Below, piece after piece: positions 51,901 through 62,903 of a stretch of DNA of 64,000 nucleotides (positions are counted from its first letter, which is position 1; each line of letters begins with the position of its first letter). Below the pieces are notes generated by a model. That model searched no databases. It saw nothing but the letters and a program-made list of their open reading frames with translations, and was not told the DNA's origin. The DNA is from Amoebophrya sp. A120 (lineage: Eukaryota > Protista > Dinoflagellata). A program made the position numbers and the translations under genes. The stretch lies in contig CAJINV010000003.1 of NCBI GenBank assembly GCA_905178155.1, forward strand, positions 6,415,985 to 6,479,984, written 5' to 3'.

Positions 51901-54019
51901 CAATTCCGAGCTCGCACACAGTCGGCATGTCCCCTAGGCTCTCTCTCAGTGAAAAGAAACGAACAACTTGCTCGTACGCTATGGCAAGTAGGCTAGGCAC
52001 GCAGGTGCGAAAGATATCAAAAAGAAAATACGCGAGCGAGAGACACTTTCTCGGCATTTAATATGGTAAAACACGGAACCGCTTTCAGGGCGGTCGTGTG
52101 CTCGTTCGTCATTTCGCTTGCAGTTACTGAGAATCAATGGTAGGGCAGGGGAGCGCAAGTTTATTATGACTTGCTGGTGAGGAGAGGAGTTTTTTGTTCT
52201 GATAGCGGAGTTTGTACCAGCACGCAGATCTTGTGCGAAAGGTTGAAGAGTTGGATCAAGTGCGGTTGCCGGGAATGAAGCGGGTATCGGAAGTACTGCA
52301 GCGGGTCAACAGCGTCGCGCAAATCGTGCTGGTAAGAAGTAGAATCTTTTTGTTCAAAAATAGTATTTGAAAAAAATGCACTTGTACAGGTTTTGAAAAT
52401 CATCTTGTTTTCCCATGGTTTTTCACTTAGGTTGTAGAAAGAAGCCAACATCACAACAAGTTCAAGTTGTTTTTCACCCGCTTTTGCAGCGCATCGCCAT
52501 CGGCAACGATGCCCGAGTCTCGCAGCGTCACCGTGCTGATGCACGAGCTAGCAAGCTGAGGCGAAAATAAAGTATGTTTGTATAAAACTGTGAATCAGGT
52601 CGAGGACTTTGTGTCCAAGGAGCGGCTGGTAGTGGCGAACACGCACCTATTCTCACCGCCAGCAATGAAAAACATTCGCATGCTGCAGACGCTCACCGTT
52701 TTGAAGGAGGTCGAGGCCTTGATCGCAAAGAGTCAGGCGACCAGCCGGGTGACTCCCAGAACACTGGTAACTACAATACATGGTGGGCTTCATCGCCCTG
52801 CTTGGACATTTATTACGATGTGATTGTGATCACGGTAGAAAGCGATAGAAAGGTCCACTATGTCGCACTCGAAAATCCTTCCTCTTCGGCCTGTCGTTCT
52901 TGCAAACTGTAGTTTTAGCAGCGGAACAAGCGTGTCTAGTGCACAATTTTGTTTGACGAGGACGTGTTATATGTTCTGAAAAAAAGATTTGTGGCGATCT
53001 GAATGCTGATCCGTGGAGCGGTGTGTGGGAGCTGCTTCGCAAGAACTCCGTCCCACCAGAGCACGAAGATTGGTGGCCCTTCGACCCTCCTACGAAGGCG
53101 CCGTTCGTTATGGAAGCGTCAGGTTTGAAATCGTCAAAGTTGAAATAGTTTGTCATGCATAAAATGCAAGGCATGAAGTGCCTGTCTTGCCGGGATGGAA
53201 AGTGAAACAGATTGTGAGCCTATTTAGGGTTTGGGATAGAGCTGCTAAAGGAGCATGACAAAAGCAGTCTTCTGTGCCCAAACAGAATGAAAAATTGGAT
53301 TCCGGTGCTCCGAAGATTTGTCATGCGCCGCCTGGAAATTGGGCTTCCAACTGGTATCCGTTTTATGCATGGCAAATTATTTCAACTTTGTCGATTTCAA
53401 ACCTGACACTCCCATATTCGTCGCTGCAGCAGGTGCGGTTTCCGTGTCCAGACAGGAAGCAGCAGCGCAGACGAAGACGAAAGGCAGTGCGGGTGCGACC
53501 GGGAACGCTAAGCTGGCACCATCCGTTCCAGACACGGGCGCAGCAGACAAGGATAGCACTAGTACGGCAAAAAATACAACTTTATTAGCAGCGAATGCGC
53601 AGCAGCAGCTGAGCGGCGCAGCATCAGCATGCAACAGCAACGGCGGCGAGACAGATGCAAACAATACGACCACGACTGCGAGCACTTCCGGTAGCAAGCC
53701 GCCGCCTGGTATTGCGCTGCAGCATGGATTAGATCTTCGGGACGCTTACGAGCCACTTTATGCCTCGCACCAGTGGGCGACCTTCGGTTGCAACGACGCG
53801 GGGAGCAGTCGCATCATTGATTACATTTTTGCGTCCTCCACCTTGCAGCCGAGGCGTGTCAAGCAAACGTCACTGAAAAAAGACCTGCAAGGTCCGACCG
53901 GGCGGTACCCCAGCGATCATATCGCAATCGCGGTCGATTTCGACTACTTGCCCGCGAACGTCGCTCCTCCGCCTGCTAGGACATCAACACAAGCAGCAAC
54001 GACTGGGGTCGTGTCGTGA
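45903..54019 (+). CDS. PDE12: PDE12/CCR4-like exonuclease-endonuclease-phosphatase with a very long His/Pro/Ser-rich N-terminus; introns approx. 46110-46369, 49142-49311, 51156-51390, 51659-51872, 51885-52205, 52332-52598, 52767-52986, 53107-53419
   Basis: RVMSFNVL, LYASCPVEYL..YR, CLQEV, EGCAIFF, ANTHL, ICGDLN, IIDYIF, YPSDH in order; start codon uncertain. Confidence 0.75.
51889..52204. mobile_element. Introner (TAT...ATA, TSD GCAGA/GCGGA)
   Basis: tcagaacaa / ttgttctga inverted match near the ends; removal gives VSLS(Q/R)SLYQHADL in frame. Confidence 0.7.
53109..53416. mobile_element. Young introner/MITE with ~58-bp imperfect TIR (TSD TTCGT)
   Basis: TTCGT at 53104-53108 and 53417-53421; tatggaagcgtcaggtttgaaatcgtcaaagttgaaatagtttgtcatgcataaaa pairs with the right end; removal gives KAPFVAAAG. 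Confidence 0.9.
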
Positions 54020-57000
54020 TCACGCTGTTGTGATAGATTGCACAACCCGGGGGCAATTCGTCATCGTATTGTCAACTTTGATATTAAAGATTATCAGTGA
54101 AGAAGATTCACCACCAGTTTTTGAATTTGTATTCAGCAATGGTAAAAAAGGTCCTATTCTTTTTGTTTTTCTCACACACACACACACAAGGAATTCGTTG
54201 TGGTCACCGCGATGTCGAGAGTCACAGCGAAAGTGCTCCGGTTCAGGGCAGAGTCACATCTTGTACTATCAGGTAAGACAGATTTCGATTTCATTCAGAT
54301 TACAAGACAGCAACAGTATGGCCACGAGGCAAAGTGGTATTTTGGCTTACAGATATATCTATTGTAGTGTATGCGTATAATTATATATAAACGTCAGCAG
54401 GTGGCGAAAAAAAGCGCCACTGTCTCGGTGAATACGAGGCCGAAACAGATAAATGGATATACGTAACTAACATTCTTTTTTTGGCGGAAGATTACTTTCT
54501 ATGTTCCCGAAGCCTGTGCTCGCAAAGAAAACGATGTAGCGACACACTTTATGTTTTGTATTGATTCGACTATCTTATCACATACTATACTCATTATGAT
54601 TATCGAAGCAGACGCCAAAGAGCAACGACGACTTACTTGTCAGCGGTAAAAATAGTTCACAGATTATCACAGTATAAAAGCGAAAGCTTGAAAGCCACGT
54701 AAAAATTAGTTGATACACATCAGAAGTTCTAGTCACTTCGACTTGAGCAGGTTGTCTTTATTGTCCTAAATTGTCAACACATCGTTCAAATATAATCGTA
54801 GACTCGGAGATTAGGGGGGTGTAAGCCGTTTGGTCTCGAAAAAAAAAAAGATAACCAACTTCATCACCGACCAACGGCTTATCCTGGCCTAATTCGATCT
54901 TCACGTATTGATTAGCAGAGCCCATCACGAATGAATGGGTGTCGGTCGTTGATGTCTCTTTGAGGTGGAGCATCTTCACACCGAAATTGACTTGTTGTCT
55001 TTTAGCTACAATTTACACAAATTACACCTCGTTCGCACGACGGACGGACTCGTGCGAATAAGGTAAAGGCAAATGCTCTAGCAGGTTAGCACCAGATTGT
55101 CCTAGCGAATCAGATCTTATGGCAGCGCCAGCACGGCGTAATATGATCAAAAGCCATTACAAGAGTACCAGAAGCACAACGACACAACCTCGTCGGGTCC
55201 GTATTCGCTTCAAATTATCATGTCAGCACATTACTCAAGCAGCAGCGTGAACCACAACTTTTGACTCACTGATATAGCGAATGAGCAGTTCTTCACTGTT
55301 CCTTTCTCTGTACCTATTTGGTGCCTTAGATCTAGACGAAGGAGCGCTTGGAAACCACAGGAACAGCAATCTGACGACAGGACAACCTGACGTGAGCCGG
55401 CTCTTCCGCAATGGCAGCGTTGAACTTGTTCGCCTGTCTAGTTCCCGTCTTTTTTTTTCTCGTCGTTGAAGCTGGTATTTGGGAGCGGGAGCGATGGCGC
55501 AGATGGAAAGTGGTTCCGGCTTTTACTGCTCAAGCGTACTAACCATAAAATCATGCGCTTGCCCGGGCCTCCGTGCTGCATAATTTGCTTCAAAATGTCT
55601 ATGTCAAGTTTGATTGGAGGAGGCGGCTGTCTGAGGCGTGCCAGCTGGGGTAATGAGCTTCGACTGTAGTGACTTGTCGCCGCATGATGGCGTTTTGATC
55701 GCTTGTTGTAAGTGGGTTTTTCCCCTTAAAGTAGGACGAACAGTAGATACTTACCTGTTCCATCGAAAACGGCGTCAGCGTGGACTCAAATCATACGACC
55801 ATTGAAGAACATTTGCAAGATGAAGCGTTTCGGATCACCAGCCATTTTCTTGTGGTTGGTATCTTGCACCAGCCCTCTCAGCGCTTTTCAGTTGGCGAAG
55901 AATGGAGAGGGTGCCCAGAGCGAAGACATTTACGCTGCAACCCCCACTCTCGATGCAACCGAGCAAGAAGCAATTGTTGGCTCGGTACCTATCATGCGAA
56001 AGAGGAATTCAATTGGATGCTTTGCGTGAGCAGGGGCATCTGCATGCTCGTAATTGCTCTGTCAAACTCGCAACTTACTTATATTGAATTCATAACTACC
56101 TCGGTATTTGTCACAACCAATGTATGTGGCGAGTATTTGAATAAAGATAAACTGTATCAATCTCACGACAGCAAGCGTTGGACCTGAGTGGCATTGCTAA
56201 TGCCTACCTCACGTCAAATGGAGACGCGCCATACGACGGCAACAGGAAAACGCTCCTGCAGGCGACATCTATGACGAACGTAGCTGTGATAGTCTCAACT
56301 GTATCTGTCAAAACATTAGGCATGTCTTTGTCCAGGTCGTGTAAGTGCACAGCAATTTTTTGCATACTTAGGATCCAGCATCGTGCGTCCTCTATCTCTG
56401 CATCTAGATCTAGGTGATGTGCCCGCATAGAAAAGAAATTTTTGAATGTTCATGTCGTTCTTGCATTAGGTACAGGTCCCTACAACTTTAGCGTACCTAT
56501 TTTTCGCGTATCCCTCTATCGCTCCGTATCCGTACGTAAAGAAACGGAGGATATGCTTGCAGGCCTGAGGTTGTCACAGCTGCGCAAGCCATAGCCTTGG
56601 CGAAGCAGATCGAGGTCATGCTGCCCCGAATCACTGCCTGAGACAATCGCATAACTTCGGAAGATGAATTTAGTTTTTTGCAGGACCCGAACCAGCTGTA
56701 CCAGGATGGGATTTCATCGGAAAGAATGTCATACAAAGGCGTAAAATTTCAACTTGTTTCCGTTTCGTTTCAACTCACAGCTCGCTGCATGTCTATTGCG
56801 AGGCCCTCAGCCAGGCGCCGGGACCGTGTCTGCTGAGGAAAGAGCAGCTATATTAACAGGGAAAAAGTGGAACTATGACATTGAAGTCATGTATAGTTGT
56901 CACACACTAGAAGAAGTCAATGTCAAGGGCGCAGCTATCGTGGCTTAGCACACGGAAAAGGGAAAAAATCCGCATGAAAGAAGCAAGAGCATTGTTTTTT

Positions 57001-59848
57001 TCGAAAAGCAACTGAATTTCTTGTCAAGCAAGGAGCGTTAGCAATTTGCGTGTTTTCAAATAACGGAAAAAAACCCACTGGGTCGCGATGCGCTTCCATA
57101 CCGGAGGAAGAGCTGCTGGTGTACTCATGTTCACACACGACATTGTTTTTGGATATGGGTCGCGAAAAAGATGGCAGATCTTGTCAGTTCGCGCGGCATG
57201 ATCCATTTTTTCTATGCCTGTCGGTCCACCCGAGTTTCGGACTCCTTCTGCAGCGCGGGACTCAGGCATGCTCTAGAAATAGTTGTCGTAGTCAGGTCGG
57301 GTTTGGGGTTTTTACTTATGTAGTGGCGTCGGTAGAGAAATATAATTTAAAGATCATTCTTGTAGAAACCTGTATATAGCACCGGGTTTAGGGTAAAGGC
57401 GTGTTCTCACGTCAGAGAGGCGACCACACTGCTCCTTCCTAGTCGTGTGCCAGGCTGCGTATTGAGCTTGCGTCGCAACTCGAAGCAGCACGATATCGGT
57501 TTCTTTCTTCTGGACGTCGACGTGCTGCACGTGAAAAACCAGATCGATTTTTCGCCCTTCTACCAGCAGCAGCGGCAGGGAATTGATATTGCTTCCTCGG
57601 GCCACAATTTCGGAAGAAGTACAACGCCCAGCCACGGGAAAAGAGATTCCGATGCTGGAAGTACTGGAGAAAGTTCCAAAAAGCCTTTGACGGATTTCGA
57701 CGTCGCAATCGGAGTGTACACTCGCGACATAACGGTTCCGTACGAGCCCGACAGCTATGGCCGTTTTGAATCGGATTTGGGTCTTGAACGAGCCGAAGAC
57801 CATGGCCCCCCAAGCAAGGCCGGTACTAGTCCAAGCGCACACTTCTACCACTCCGAGAAGAGACTCTTTGAGTTTCATCCAATGCTGGGGCCGAAGCGAC
57901 CCGATGGCCCGAGCGACGACGATTGTCCGTGGCACACGAATCCAGTTTTCGATGACCAGGGCTACTTTCAGGAAGTCGTTGACGGCGAATATGTGGACTT
58001 GCGTTCCCTCACCGGCGGGGAGAAATCATAGGGGGCTCCTGAAAGGGAAATCTTTCAGCAACCGCGCAGTACGGCGATCGTGCCACGAGAAGTTTGTTTG
58101 CTGCGTCTCAACGGCGGCTACGCTTTTGTGAAAGCTACCGATGCGGGCTTTTTTTACCTGCGGGCCGTGGCAGAGCTGAGCGCCTACTTTGTGGAGGTGT
58201 CCGACGGAAGCGCGCGTGACATTGCGAAATCGACGCCCCCGTCCTCTGCGCGGGACCAGACCGAGTCGGATGCGAGGAGCAAGAAAGGCAAAGGTGTTGA
58301 AAACTCGACACCACAAACTACTGGGAAGGATGATTCTTCGATGGACTTGACGGCCCGGGTGGCCCGGCTGGAAGAGCGAGTCGCTGCGCTGACGCGGGAA
58401 AATGTAGCGTTGCGACAGGGTTCTTTACTCACTGACTCCACGACCATGAAAAGCGACCAACAGGGAGAAGCAAGCAACGTTGCTCTTGGGCGAGCGTCAG
58501 CAGGAGAAGTCGGCGACAAATTGAGACGCTGGATTGAGTATGCCAAACAGCGCTTTCCCCTCTTAAGTAAATTGTTCCGCGAGTTGGTCCTGGACCCCAA
58601 ATACGGCCGATTGCTGAACAAAACTTTTCGCGGTCCTGACCAAGCTGCCTTTGTGCAGCTGGCTCTGCCGCCCACGACCTGCAATCCGACGACGTTTTCT
58701 GATGCTGGCGGTTTCGCACAAAACGACCGCATGGGATCATCCGGAACAAGTAAGCGAGGGAGGGTACTGCTCTCTCGACTAGTTTCCACGCTCGGTGTGG
58801 AGCAACATTGGGATCGCATGGCATCTCATCTCCTCCCGAAAGCGTCGCGTTCATTGACACGGAATATTGCGGGCTTTCATCGTGGGAAAGCGATCGTCTC
58901 CCCTTTCAAGCAGGCGAGCAGTCTTCCGCCTCTCCACACGTCGCTCCGAAATTGCGCACAAAACTCGTGCCGCTCCGTCAGGTGCTGCACTCAGACTCGC
59001 TAAATTTTTGCGGGAAAAGAACAACAAGCAAATAGCTGTACTATACCTGTTGCTCTATCGACCGGTACTCGTTTGGTCTCTACCGCAGCAATCAAAGAAG
59101 CAACTACTTCTCCTGCTAGGAGGTTGTATTTAGAACACAGATGGTGCGGTGGAACAGAATGAACCACTCGTTTATACTACAACGAGAACATCAGTAAGAA
59201 CATCATGAATGCACAATTTATTCAGGACAGTCGCTTGTTGCTCAACATTTTTGCGCTTTGCAACTTTTGATTTGAAGATGCCAACTACACCAACATGTGG
59301 AAGCTTTCACATTTTTGCCGGTGATGATGAATACTTGATGAAGTACTGCGCTGACAATGACAAAAAATGACTTGAAGATGTGGAGGACCAGTGGACAATT
59401 ATCTATTAACATTGACGAGTCGATTTGCTGAAAACGCAAATCAGCTGGACCTACAGTTTTGCGCACTAAGTATTTTTGCTCTTTTTTCGTTTGGGTCCAT
59501 TCTTGGACCCTTCCCACGGCGGTATGAGGTCTATTGATTTCAGATGTTAACACCCCCCCTGGAGGGGGGGTGCTTCCTCATCCAGTTTTTCTTGCAGAAA
59601 AAGCTTGCTCTTTTCTTGTATAAAGTGTTGCCTTTTCAAAGATCGAAACAGCGCCGGCACCTTCGCCATACCACCGGCGGATTTAGCGTTTAGGGACACA
59701 TCAACAAGAGAACTGGAAGACCATCGGACCAGCTAGCTGAAGAGCTGGGCTTTGATGTAGCGACTTTAAATGGCGATGATTTGAGAAATAGCGGCTCGCT
59801 TTTTTTCAAAACATCGCTGAATTTAATTCCTGAGCGGGTTATAAAGAG

Positions 59849-59973
59849 TATCGTACTCGTATAAATGCATTACAAATTTGCTCAGCATCAGAAATAAAAT
59901 TAAAATTTGTAATGCGGATTTGGCTTCAGAAAAAAATTTGTAATGCATGACTGCAATTACTACGAGTACGATA
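59849..59973. repeat. Short fold-back element (TAT...ATA); second copy at 61222-61346
   Basis: agtatcgtactcgta / tacgagtacgatact and atgcattacaaattt / aaatttgtaatgcat inverted pairs; no matching TSD. Confidence 0.7.
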
Positions 59974-59983
59974 CTTTTGCACA

Positions 59984-60323
59984 GGATATTTGGCGCCACT
60001 TCAACGCCCCGAGCACCATCGACTACTTCTCGTTGGACGTGTATGCAAGAAAAAAACTGTGTAAGTGTAACTTTGTCTTGCAGATGTTGCAACACAGTTA
60101 CACTTGTCATGCCGGATATGCATCAGAGGCTATTTTAGTACGTGTTTTAGCATACTAGCTACGCATGACAAGTTTTCTGTCATGGAAAACAGATCTGTGA
60201 TGCTGTTCCTGGAAAAAAGTTACACTTACACAGTTTTTTTCTTCGATAACGTGGAGGGAGCGGAGAGTTTGGTGATGGAGAATTTTCCGTGGGACAAACT
60301 CCGTTTTCGGGTTTTGACCGTGG
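59984..60323 (+). pseudogene. Captured fragment of an FkbM/Methyltransf_21 gene; second copy at 61357-61696
   Basis: DIWRHFNAPSTIDYFSLDV|EGAESLVMENFPWDKLRFRVLTV, cut off by the repeat junction. Confidence 0.75.
60042..60248. mobile_element. Introner with a perfect 28-bp inverted repeat (TSD ACGTG)
   Basis: aagaaaaaaactgtgtaagtgtaacttt / aaagttacacttacacagtttttttctt; ACGTG at 60037-60041 and 60249-60253; removal restores SLDVEGAE. Confidence 0.92.
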
Positions 60324-61414
60324 ATTGCGCACAAAACTCGTGCCGCTCCGTCAGGTGCTGCACTCAGACTCGCTAAATTTTTGCGGGAAAAGAACAACAA
60401 GCAAATAGCTGTACTATACCTGTTGCTCTATCGACCGGTACTCGTTTGGTCTCTACCGCAGCAATCAAAGAAGCAACTACTTCTCCTGCTAGGAGGTTGT
60501 ATTTAGAACACAGATGGTGCGGTGGAACAGAATGAACCACTCGTTTATACTACAACGAGAACATCAGTAAGAACATCATGAATGCACAATTTATTCAGGA
60601 CAGTCGCTTGTTGCTCAACATTTTTGCGCTTTGCAACTTTTGATTTGAAGATGCCAACTACACCAACATGTGGAAGCTTTCACATTTTTGCCGGTGATGA
60701 TGAATACTTGATGAAGTACTGCGCTGACAATGACAAAAAATGACTTGAAGATGTGGAGGACCAGTGGACAATTATCTATTAACATTGACGAGTCGATTTG
60801 CTGAAAACGCAAATCAGCTGGACCTACAGTTTTGCGCACTAAGTATTTTTGCTCTTTTTTCGTTTGGGTCCATTCTTGGACCCTTCCCACGGCGGTATGA
60901 GGTCTATTGATTTCAGATGTTAACACCCCCCCTGGAGGGGGGGTGCTTCCTCATCCAGTTTTTCTTGCAGAAAAAGCTTGCTCTTTTCTTGTATAAAGTG
61001 TTGCCTTTTCAAAGATCGAAACAGCGCCGGCACCTTCGCCATACCACCGGCGGATTTAGCGTTTAGGGACACATCAACAAGAGAACTGGAAGACCATCGG
61101 ACCAGCTAGCTGAAGAGCTGGGCTTTGATGTAGCGACTTTAAATGGCGATGATTTGAGAAATAGCGGCTCGCTTTTTTTCAAAACATCGCTGAATTTAAT
61201 TCCTGAGCGGGTTATAAAGAGTATCGTACTCGTATAAATGCATTACAAATTTGCTCAGCATCAGAAATAAAATTAAAATTTGTAATGCGGATTTGGCTTC
61301 AGAAAAAAATTTGTAATGCATGACTGCAATTACTACGAGTACGATACTTTTGCACAGGATATTTGGCGCCACTTCAACGCCCCGAGCACCATCGACTACT
61401 TCTCGTTGGACGTG

Positions 61415-61621
61415 TATGCAAGAAAAAAACTGTGTAAGTGTAACTTTGTCTTGCAGATGTTGCAACACAGTTACACTTGTCATGCCGGATATGCATCAGA
61501 GGCTATTTTAGTACGTGTTTTAGCATACTAGCTACGCATGACAAGTTTTCTGTCATGGAAAACAGATCTGTGATGCTGTTCCTGGAAAAAAGTTACACTT
61601 ACACAGTTTTTTTCTTCGATA
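61415..61621. mobile_element. Duplicate of introner 60042-60248
   Basis: Same sequence 1373 bp downstream. Confidence 0.9.
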
Positions 61622-62250
61622 ACGTGGAGGGAGCGGAGAGTTTGGTGATGGAGAATTTTCCGTGGGACAAACTCCGTTTTCGGGTTTTGACCGTGGATTG
61701 CGCACAAAACTCGTGCCGCTCCGTCAGGTGCTGCACTCAGACTCGCGGAATTGTCCTCAGCTGCGAAGCCGTTTTTTTCTTTCATTCGCGGAATTGTCCT
61801 TATTTCATCCTAGCGCGGCATGATCTCGTTACTCGTATCTCGCACAGGCTGCACTTCTGGGCAGCAACCTTCGGTCTCCCGCCTGTCTCGAGTCTTTTGC
61901 ATATAGTGCGACAACTAAGTCTAGCCACCGTTTATTTGTTTTTGTGAGGACCCCCACGGTAGAAGACGTTTTTTTTGCATTACCACATCTGAAATACCGC
62001 AACCGCTTTAAGCAGGGCATCTTTGAATTCCGATGCGACGTCGGACTAGCTGGCTCTTCGTCCTCACACCTCAACGCCTCACGTGCTCCACGACTAGACG
62101 TGTAACATTCGCGTCGGCCGCAAAAGAAAGCAAGTGCCTGGTTTGATTCATCCGGGTGAGCCGCGCGTCTGTAAATAAAATCCTGCTCCTGAGCCTGAAT
62201 CTGAGTCCGAGGACAGTAGGTGCAGCGGAGCTCCTGCGCCATCATCCAAA

Positions 62251-62710
62251 ATGGGCTCTGCCTTCGGGGTGATTTCGGAGGAAACGCCAGCGTATGAGGT
62301 CCTCCAGCGGTTTATCGAAAAGAAAAATCCTTCTTCCCCATATCAAAAGGAGATTTCAGATGCTGCCTTTGCGTACACACATGAGGTCTGTCTTGCTGTG
62401 AGGAATCGCGCCCACATTCTTAGGAGCGCAAGGTTCATCTATCTGTTTAGCATTGGAAACGCCGGCCCGTTGACGAACCAGCATGACAAATCGCATCCAT
62501 AATGCGGCGCATCCCTCAGCGCTTGTCTTCTTGCAAGACAAAAATGATTTGTGGCCACAAATCTGCATCACAACGGATGCCTTTTCAATACGGGGAGGGA
62601 GGATTTTTCCTCACAATACGGCTCGAGAACTACGAAATCCGGAGGTACGAGCCCCGCGTCGCGGTCCAGGTCGCGATGAACCACGCCAACGATAGCACGG
62701 CGTTCAAAAC
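62251..62710 (+). pseudogene. 5' fragment of a SOUL heme-binding protein gene
   Basis: MGSAFGVISEETPAYEVLQR|LENYEIRRYEPRVAVQV...STAFKT matches the SOUL N-terminus; the rest of the gene is absent. Confidence 0.75.
62313..62618. mobile_element. Introner (TAT...ATA, TSD CGGTT/CGGCT)
   Basis: gaaaaatccttcttccccatat / atacggggagggaggatttttc TIR; removal restores the SOUL frame. Confidence 0.87.
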
Positions 62711-62903
62711 TATCAACTGTAAAAATGTCTGGGTCTGGAAGAATCCAACTTGTCATGCTGATTTTGGATTCTAAACAAATCTGTATTGCATGAGCAGCAA
62801 AGAGAGTCCAAGTTTTGCTACACGGAAAGAGCATTTGTCATGCGGTATAGGCATCAGGAAGCCCTCACAAAATCTGTGATGCTAGGGCATGCATCACAGA
62901 CAT
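62711..62903. mobile_element. Truncated introner (left part only)
   Basis: Starts TATCAA right after SOUL exon 2, carries two TTGTCATGC motifs and ends at the junction with the 27-bp host repeat. Confidence 0.5.

Larger units (their letters stand above)
58951..61746. repeat. Tandem repeat with 1373-bp period: two full units plus 50 bp
   Basis: attgcgcacaaaactcg... starts at 58951, 60324 and 61697; the units look identical and the ORF track repeats. Confidence 0.95.

Noticed and set aside
56276-56546. Possible GT-AC intron with GAACG/AAACG duplication
   Set aside because: The join is in frame, but there is no TIR or homology check, so it is left uncalled
61829-62245. 138-aa minus-strand ORF inside the insertion
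   Set aside because: No recognisable motif; cannot be called a transposase or a gene
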